DNA of 64,000 bases from Candidatus Uhrbacteria bacterium (GTDB taxonomy: Bacteria > Patescibacteriota > Patescibacteriia > JACPHY01). Position 1 is the stretch's first letter, and every line of letters starts with the position of its first letter. Location: NCBI GenBank assembly GCA_016188355.1, contig JACPHY010000015.1:1040-65039 (forward strand), read 5' to 3'. Positions 58,044-64,000 of this stretch are shown here, in pieces. Position numbers and translations under genes: made by a program. The notes beneath the pieces were generated by a model. The model made no database searches and was not told the origin of the DNA. It saw only the letters and a program-made list of their open reading frames with translations.

Positions 58044-58634
58044 TCACGATGGTCGCGCCAATGCACGCAACGCGACCTTCAATTTTGCTTCGGTCGTCGT
58101 CGCCTCTTCGGGCATCTTGCGAATGACCTCACGAATTTCCTGTACCTTGTATCCGAGCTGCGCCAATGCCGCGAGCAGATCCTCATGGTCATCCGCGGGC
58201 GCACCATCGTCGGTTACGGGAGCCAGCGCAATACGCTCCTGCATTTTCCCCTTGAGATCCAGGACGACGCGCTCTGCGGTTTTTCGACCAATGCCGACCA
58301 CTTTCGAGAGATACGCTACATCCTCTCGTGCAATCGCCCTCCGAATCTCCCCTGGCGATCCGAGCGCGAGCATGCCAATCGCACTTTTCGGACCCACCCC
58401 GGACACGCCGATAAGATCGTGGAACAACCCGAGCGCGTCATCGCTCGCCACGCCGAACAACTCCCGACGATCATCCCGAATGACCTCATGCGTATAGAAT
58501 TCCACGGATTCCCCCACACGCAACCGTTCCCGTAGCGTCGACGGCAGATGCACGCGATATCCAAGATTCGCCACCTCCACGATGACGGAATCCGAAAACG
58601 TCGCTCGAATGGTACCGCGGAGAAAGGCGAGCAT
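58044..58634 (-). CDS. ruvA: Holliday junction DNA helicase RuvA
   Basis: MLAFLRGTIRATFSDSVIVEVANLGYRVHLP... OB-fold N-terminus, the two helix-hairpin-helix motifs LIGVSGVGPKSAIGMLALG / VVGIGRKTAERVVLDL, and C-terminal domain III. Confidence 0.9.
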   Translation of the reverse strand: MLAFLRGTIRATFSDSVIVEVANLGYRVHLPSTLRERLRVGESVEFYTHEVIRDDRRELFGVASDDALGLFHDLIGVSGVGPKSAIGMLALGSPGEIRRAIAREDVAYLSKVVGIGRKTAERVVLDLKGKMQERIALAPVTDDGAPADDHEDLLAALAQLGYKVQEIREVIRKMPEEATTTEAKLKVALRALARPS

Positions 58635-58744
58635 AGGGAGAGATCGTTTCTTTAGGATACCGTGTCACCGAGGCCACGAAAAGCAACGCAAACAATACAC
58701 ATGCTACAGTGACCTACCAACCACCCGCATCACTATGCCCACCG

Positions 58745-59931
58745 AACACACCGAACCACACATGCACGAGATTTCTCCTGAGCAACGTGATCGCTGGGCA
58801 CGACGGGGCCGAGAAACCCTGGAAACCCTCCCCTTCCCCGAGACGCTCCTCCCCATCATCCGTGCAACACTCGACACTCCGCAGTGGGGCCCGTACCACA
58901 ATGAAGGACTGCGCATGGACGCGCATTTTGGTGCGATCCTCGAAGCGGTCGAGCAAATCGCCGATGGGACATTTGATTTCGATGCCCTCGGCCTTCCCCC
59001 TGACCGACGCGACGCGGCGAAGGAGCTCATCACGAAAATCGTGCGCGATCACCGAACTGCAATCGCGATCTACGTCTATCTCCACGATCTCAAGAAACCG
59101 GACTGCATGAATGTGGAACTGGAAGACGGATCCGCACGCATCTTCACGATGGAAGAATGGCGCGCACTCGTGGCGGAAGCGCACGGAGATGACGTGCAGA
59201 TCCGCGCAGCGCTCCGCGAACGCGGGATTGCCAAAATCGGATATCGCCACGACGCGGAGCTCACGGGTGGAATCGAGCGCGATCATGGACCGGAAGGCGT
59301 GCAGTATCTCGAAGCATTGGGACGCGAACGTACGGATGTTGCGGATTTTCTTCGCGAGCATACGCTCATCCTCGCAGGCATCGCGAATCACGAGATGCAC
59401 TTCCAGGCCTTCCCCCATTCCGCTGCTGCGAAATTGTACCAGGAAAAAATTGCGTCACGATTTTCCGAGGAGGAAGCAGGTTTCATCCTCACGGTCTGCT
59501 TTCTCGACATGGCAGGCTCGAAATCTCCGGACGGCAGCTCAGAGTATGCGGGACTTCGGAACATGCTCGAGTCGCGCGACGCGTACCGAATCATTGAGCG
59601 CTATCGCGAACAACGGGAAGCGGCGCGTCGTCCACTTCAGAAAAATGCCTACGGACAACTGCTCAATATCGATGACATCGATGCGGTGCGTCAAAAAATA
59701 GCGCGCCTCGAACAACCGCCAAAACCGACCGCCCTCACACCCGCACAACTCGCTCTGGTCGAACAGAAACTCCCCGACTGGCTGCAGGATCTCGATATTC
59801 CCGAAACAGAACACGAAGCGATTCGCGCCGCGCTGCGATCAGAGCACTACGCGCGCGAACTCAATGCATGCGAACAGCCGCGGCTCATTCCGGTCATCAA
59901 GCAGCTACTCAAAAAGCAACCACCATCTTGA
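58745..59931 (+). CDS. HD-domain protein (predicted metal-dependent phosphohydrolase), function unknown
   Basis: WGPYHNEGLRMDAHF ... IAIYVYLHDLKKPD ... IGYRHD; an H...HD...H...D arrangement consistent with an HD domain. Confidence 0.5.
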
Positions 59932-60042
59932 CCGTATCTCCACACCGCGCGACTGACATTCGGCATCATGTTTCCGAGGTGATGGATCATCGCCAAGAAC
60001 GCCGCCCCTCGCTGGGCGGCGTTCTTTCGTGGATGTATTTGA

Positions 60043-61593
60043 TTACCGTCGCGCAGCCCATCCTCGTGCGAGGTCCACGAGCAGATGCACGCCCACGCCA
60101 GTTGCGCCCTTCGCAATCCATGGCGACCGATCAGTCCACGCAGTACCGGCAATGTCGAGGTGCGCCCACGGCCGTCCCTCCGCACATGCCTCAAGGAATG
60201 CTGCTGCAGTGGATGCGCCTCCCTCGCGTCCACGCTTCCCCAAATTTTGGAGATCCGCAATGTCGCTCTTCACTTCGCGCCGGAACGGATCCGTCACCGG
60301 CATGCGCCACACGCGATCCCCAGAAGACGCCGACGCGAGCTCCACGCGACGCTCGAGTTTCTCATCATTCGCAAAGAGACCGGTATAGTGCGAACCCAGC
60401 GCCACCACAATGGCACCCGTGAGCGTGGCTACGTCCACAATCGCTTTCGGCTCGTAGCGGAGGCTGTACCCAATACCGTCCGCGAGTACGAGGCGTCCTT
60501 CCGCATCCGTGTTCAATACTTCAAGCGTCTTCCCGCGACAGGTCCGCAGAATATCTCCTGGCTTGTACGCACTCCCCGAAGGGAGATTGTCACACGCAGG
60601 CACGATGCCCACCACATTCACGGGAAACCCAAGCTGGCCAATGGCGCGCATCGCCCCAAGCACCGAACCGCCGCCGCTCATATCAAACTTCATCTCGTCC
60701 ATCTTATCCCCTGGTTTGATCGAAATCCCACCCGAATCAAAGGTGATCCCCTTTCCCACAAACGCGTACCAATCTCCTGCCGGCGCCCCATCCTTTTTCG
60801 TTCGTGCGAGCCGCCGAGGATTCCCGCGCCATTCGAGCACGATGCATTTCGGCGGGGCAGTGGCACCGCGACTCACTCCGAGGATCGCACCCATCCCGAG
60901 CTGCTCCATGTCGGAACGATCGAGCACGGTGCAGTGGAACCGTTTATCCATCGCTGCAATTGCGGTAGCGCATTCCGCAAGATGTGTCGGCGTTGCATCC
61001 GAGGACGGGAGATTCCCGAGATCCCGAACCACATGCATCGACTCGGCGAGTATGGCGCCCTCCGCGATACCCTCCTCGTACTTCCGTTGCTCCACTGCGG
61101 TCACCGGTCCCACCACAATTTCCTCCGGCATGGGTAACTTTGCATCAGGAGCCGATTGGTACCGATGGAACTGATACGTCGATACCAATGCCGCCTTCGC
61201 AATCATGCGCCCCACATCCTCCGGACGAAACGCCCGCCGCAACTCCTGTGGCAACGCAAGCGCCCATCGCGCGCACTTCGCGGATTGCAGTGTGCGCGCT
61301 GCGGCACCCACAATATGTTGCAGCTCGAGCAGGGTACGATCTTTCCGATTCCCCGCACCGACCAAGAGGAGCCGCGGCGCGGGCAGTTTCCCGTTCGTGA
61401 GCAGCGTAAATGTGGTGTGCTCCTGCCCAGAGAAATCCTTGAGCGCCAATGCGGCCGTGAGCAACCCATCGAGCAGTCGATCGAGCGCACGAAATTCCGA
61501 CGGGAGCTTTGCCGCCGCAGGTTCCGTGAGCACCAGCACCACCGCATCGACCGCAGCCGAAACGGGGTAATCGCGAGTCATGGTGATACGCAT
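60043..61593 (-). CDS. pepA: leucyl aminopeptidase (peptidase M17)
   Basis: M17 signature NTDAEGRLVLADGIGY plus the upstream catalytic motifs GKGITFDSGGISIKP and DMSGGGSVLGAM. Confidence 0.9.
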   Translation of the reverse strand: MRITMTRDYPVSAAVDAVVLVLTEPAAAKLPSEFRALDRLLDGLLTAALALKDFSGQEHTTFTLLTNGKLPAPRLLLVGAGNRKDRTLLELQHIVGAAARTLQSAKCARWALALPQELRRAFRPEDVGRMIAKAALVSTYQFHRYQSAPDAKLPMPEEIVVGPVTAVEQRKYEEGIAEGAILAESMHVVRDLGNLPSSDATPTHLAECATAIAAMDKRFHCTVLDRSDMEQLGMGAILGVSRGATAPPKCIVLEWRGNPRRLARTKKDGAPAGDWYAFVGKGITFDSGGISIKPGDKMDEMKFDMSGGGSVLGAMRAIGQLGFPVNVVGIVPACDNLPSGSAYKPGDILRTCRGKTLEVLNTDAEGRLVLADGIGYSLRYEPKAIVDVATLTGAIVVALGSHYTGLFANDEKLERRVELASASSGDRVWRMPVTDPFRREVKSDIADLQNLGKRGREGGASTAAAFLEACAEGRPWAHLDIAGTAWTDRSPWIAKGATGVGVHLLVDLARGWAARR

Positions 61594-61855
61594 ACGGGTA
61601 CGTGCAGCGTATCACCTCTGCTGCCGCAACGAAACGCGTACACCCAGTCACATTGGCGACTGGGTGTACCGTGCCGCTCGCGGACTTCATCCGAATCCGA
61701 GCGCAGCGACCGAAGTATGTGGGGAGGAAGGGCTTTGCCCGACCCCACATACGGAGGGAGCAAGCGACCGAATGGCTGCTTCGACCGAAAAGAGGGAGTG
61801 GGCCCACGGGCGAACCGGGAGGTTCGTCCCGTGATTTCTGGCGCGTACTCCTTTC

Positions 61856-63709
61856 CTAGAATCCGGACGGACCCATGGCGGATCCCGCCCATCCATCCTG
61901 CGAAGGTCCTCGTGCGCTCGGAGCGGATGCCTCCGCACGAACGCCTCCCGCGCCACCACCGAATTGTTCCGAGTATTGGCGGAACACATCCGGCAATTGC
62001 GGCTGCTGCGGAGCGCGGCTGAACTCGGACGCGATGCTGCGCGGCATCGGACGACCGCCGAAGAGCACATCCGCACGGCCTCCGCAGTCCTCGAGCTGCT
62101 GGAGCACCTCATGCGCCGCATCCACATCCACCGGCTTCGCACGCGCAATGGTTTGCAGTGCAGTGACGAGCGGCTTACATTCTGCCAGGAGCTCCTCCGC
62201 CTCGGTCACATCCTTGCCTTGTCGCTTCATGGTCGCGAGCATGCGTTCTGCTTGCTTCATCTCGCGACCTGCTTCGGTCATCGCACGCGAAATGTTCAAG
62301 ACGCCACGGAGCGCGCCCGTATTCTCCCGAAGATCATTGATACGCTCCCGTACATCCTGCAGCTTCTCCATCGCATCCTCAAATGCGTCCGCGGTGCGAA
62401 CCTGCGCGATGGAAGTGACCTCCGTACGCAGCGCGTTGGTCGTCTGGAGCACCTCATTCGACTGCTCCGTCAAATCCATTTTCGCGCGCTTGGCCTGCGC
62501 AACAATTTGCTTCGTCTCGCGCTCCACCTGTGCAATTTCGCGAATCAGTTGTTTCGTAATGCGGGGGAGTTCCTGGAGCCGACGGCAGGACTCCGCGAAT
62601 TCGCGCACGCGATCGAAATGTTCGGGCATGTCGGCGAAGAGCTCCTGGAGCACCTCAGGATCCGTCGCGGCCTGCACTTTCGCAGGAATATCTTTGAGGG
62701 TCGCCAGACTCGTCGATGCCTCACCCGAGACTTCGATCTTTGCCTGCGCGCACACCTTCATTTCCCGCTCGAGCATGCGAATGCCCTGGGTCATGCCGCG
62801 CGCATTGCGCTTCATATCCTCGAGCATGCGCTTCTGCTGTTTCTCCATTTCTGCTTCGCGGCGAGCATCGGACATTTCCTGGGGAACGGATTCACCGAGC
62901 TGCAAGCGGCCAGAATCCTCCGGACGCATGCCACTCACGGGCGGCATCATCATGCCGGACTCCATGCCGGGCCCACGACCTGTCATGCCCGGGCTCCCCA
63001 TGGGGAACTGGCCCATACCCATGCCGTTCGGTGCGGAGCCCATATTCGGACCCATCGTACCAGGCATGTTTGGTCCATTTCCCGGTTTCGGGCCCATCAT
63101 GTTGGGGTCGCCCATTATGCCTTGCGGCATGCCCTGGTTCATGCCCTGGTTCATGCCCTGGTTCATGCCCTGCGAAAATCCTTGCATCATGCCGTTCGGC
63201 ATGCCATTCATCGGTCCATTCATCTGGCCATTGGCAGGACCGTTCATGGAACCGTTCATGGGACCATTCGAAAACCCATTCATGGGACCATTCGGTGTCC
63301 CCTGCATGCCGCCAGGGCCCATGCCCTGCGGCGCTCCCGGCATCATCCCGCCCATGTCCGACGGACGATTCATGCCACCCGGCATCGGACCGCCAGGAAA
63401 TCCACCCATACCCGGACCCATGCCCCCACTTCCGGGAGTGGGATTACCTCCAGGCGGCATGCCTGGATTTCCCGGCATAGGACCAGGCATTGGGTTATTC
63501 GGGATAGGAGCATCTGCCGGAGGTTTCATCTCGCCTCCCGGAGCACCGGAACTCGGTGGCGGAGCCGGAGGAGCCTCTTGCGTAAACCGTATTACCGGCG
63601 GATCAACGAAATCCACAACGGGCTCAGCGGCGAACAATGCAGTAGACGGCGCTGCCAACGTAAAAACGACTGCCAAGAGCAGCCGCTTGCTGACCGGTTC
63701 AGTCCACAT
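61856..63709 (-). CDS. secreted protein with a ~190-aa Met/Gly/Pro/Asn/Gln low-complexity region followed by a coiled-coil C-terminal half
   Basis: Signal peptide MWTEPVSKRLLLAVVFTLAAPSTALFA. Low-complexity segment NPMPGPMPGNPGMPPGGNPTPGSGGMGPGMGGFPGGPMPGGMNRP...NGPMNGFSNGPMNGSMNGPANGQMNGPMNGMPNGMMQGFSQGMNQGMNQGMNQGMPQG..., then a Glu/Lys/Arg/Leu-rich helical region. The minus-strand gene's 3-prime end abuts three hairpins at 61600-61850. Confidence 0.6.
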   Translation of the reverse strand: MWTEPVSKRLLLAVVFTLAAPSTALFAAEPVVDFVDPPVIRFTQEAPPAPPPSSGAPGGEMKPPADAPIPNNPMPGPMPGNPGMPPGGNPTPGSGGMGPGMGGFPGGPMPGGMNRPSDMGGMMPGAPQGMGPGGMQGTPNGPMNGFSNGPMNGSMNGPANGQMNGPMNGMPNGMMQGFSQGMNQGMNQGMNQGMPQGIMGDPNMMGPKPGNGPNMPGTMGPNMGSAPNGMGMGQFPMGSPGMTGRGPGMESGMMMPPVSGMRPEDSGRLQLGESVPQEMSDARREAEMEKQQKRMLEDMKRNARGMTQGIRMLEREMKVCAQAKIEVSGEASTSLATLKDIPAKVQAATDPEVLQELFADMPEHFDRVREFAESCRRLQELPRITKQLIREIAQVERETKQIVAQAKRAKMDLTEQSNEVLQTTNALRTEVTSIAQVRTADAFEDAMEKLQDVRERINDLRENTGALRGVLNISRAMTEAGREMKQAERMLATMKRQGKDVTEAEELLAECKPLVTALQTIARAKPVDVDAAHEVLQQLEDCGGRADVLFGGRPMPRSIASEFSRAPQQPQLPDVFRQYSEQFGGGAGGVRAEASAPSARGPSQDGWAGSAMGPSGF

Positions 63710-64000
63710 ATAAGTGATATTGGTATTTACCTCAGCGCACTCCGCGAAATCGCGGGACACTGAGTATTTCGCGCGCAGTGCACATGCCTTGCGCGGAGCG
63801 ATCGACCATTCATCCATATCCACAGGCATGTGGAGGTGTGGATGATGCTATACATCCAGGATAGCACAAAATCAAGCGTCGGTCGATCGGGATAACTCGC
63901 GGAATACACTAAAGAGACCTCTGCAAAAACGAATGCACGATACGCGCATCGCGTATCGTGCATTACGTGTTTCCGCGTTCGCTCACCCACGCACCGGCAC

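Noticed and set aside
53440-61770. 15-nt exact match gcaagcgaccgaatg at 53440 and 61755
   Set aside because: For a 64-kb window searched on both strands, a few 15-mer coincidences are expected by chance; no extended similarity around either site.
62880-63480. Possible CRISPR array or non-coding tandem repeat at the 12-nt catgccctggtt repeats
   Set aside because: The repeats are in frame inside a long ORF with a signal peptide and coiled-coil tail and encode Q-G-M-N units. No spacer-repeat architecture and no cas genes are present.

Overview
High-GC (about 62%) bacterial chromosomal segment, densely coding on both strands, with mixed housekeeping and cell-envelope content. No rRNA, CRISPR array, transposase or integrase was recognised. 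Clear housekeeping genes are uvrA, secG, an OppA-like ABC substrate-binding protein, rnj (RNase J), trpS, an E. coli-type cytidine deaminase, rarA, uppP, ruvA, pepA (M17), a FemAB-family transferase, a Nudix hydrolase, an M48 protease and a TrmB-like regulator. Three RNA genes are not captured by the ORF track: tRNA-Leu(CAG), tRNA-Arg(CCG) and a type-A RNase P RNA (rnpB). The accessory content is concentrated between roughly 24 and 48 kb. It comprises two giant secreted IPT/TIG-repeat surface proteins (1778 and 1385 aa), followed by a glycosylation locus (three GT4, one GT2, a DUF4012-like and a DUF11-like exported protein); an upstream polyprenyl-phosphate sugar phosphotransferase sits at 19.4 kb. 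Most notable findings: (1) a previously unrecognised Cys-bracketed repeat, C-x-P-x-[LIV]-P-x-[YW]-[WY]-Q-x-G-C, present 12 times in the proline-rich stalks of the two giant proteins. (2) A conserved structured non-coding element immediately 3-prime of both tRNA genes, with a near-identical ~57-nt block plus a conserved distal block that can pair with it; the two copies sit in inverted orientation 45 kb apart. (3) A 4-nt-overlapping operon of a membrane-anchored DsbA-like thioredoxin with an unusual CPFS (CXXS) active site and a Cys-rich exported membrane protein. (4) Two paralogous small coiled-coil proteins built from x-D-x-R-F heptads, one containing a 42-bp in-frame tandem DNA duplication. 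(5) A secreted protein with an extreme Met/Gly/Pro/Asn/Gln low-complexity region encoded partly by perfect 12-nt tandem repeats. Several strong intrinsic terminator hairpins are mapped. Lineage is uncertain; giant IPT surface proteins, FemAB, RNase J and a compact gene set would fit a streamlined Gram-positive-like or Patescibacteria-like organism, but this is inference only.
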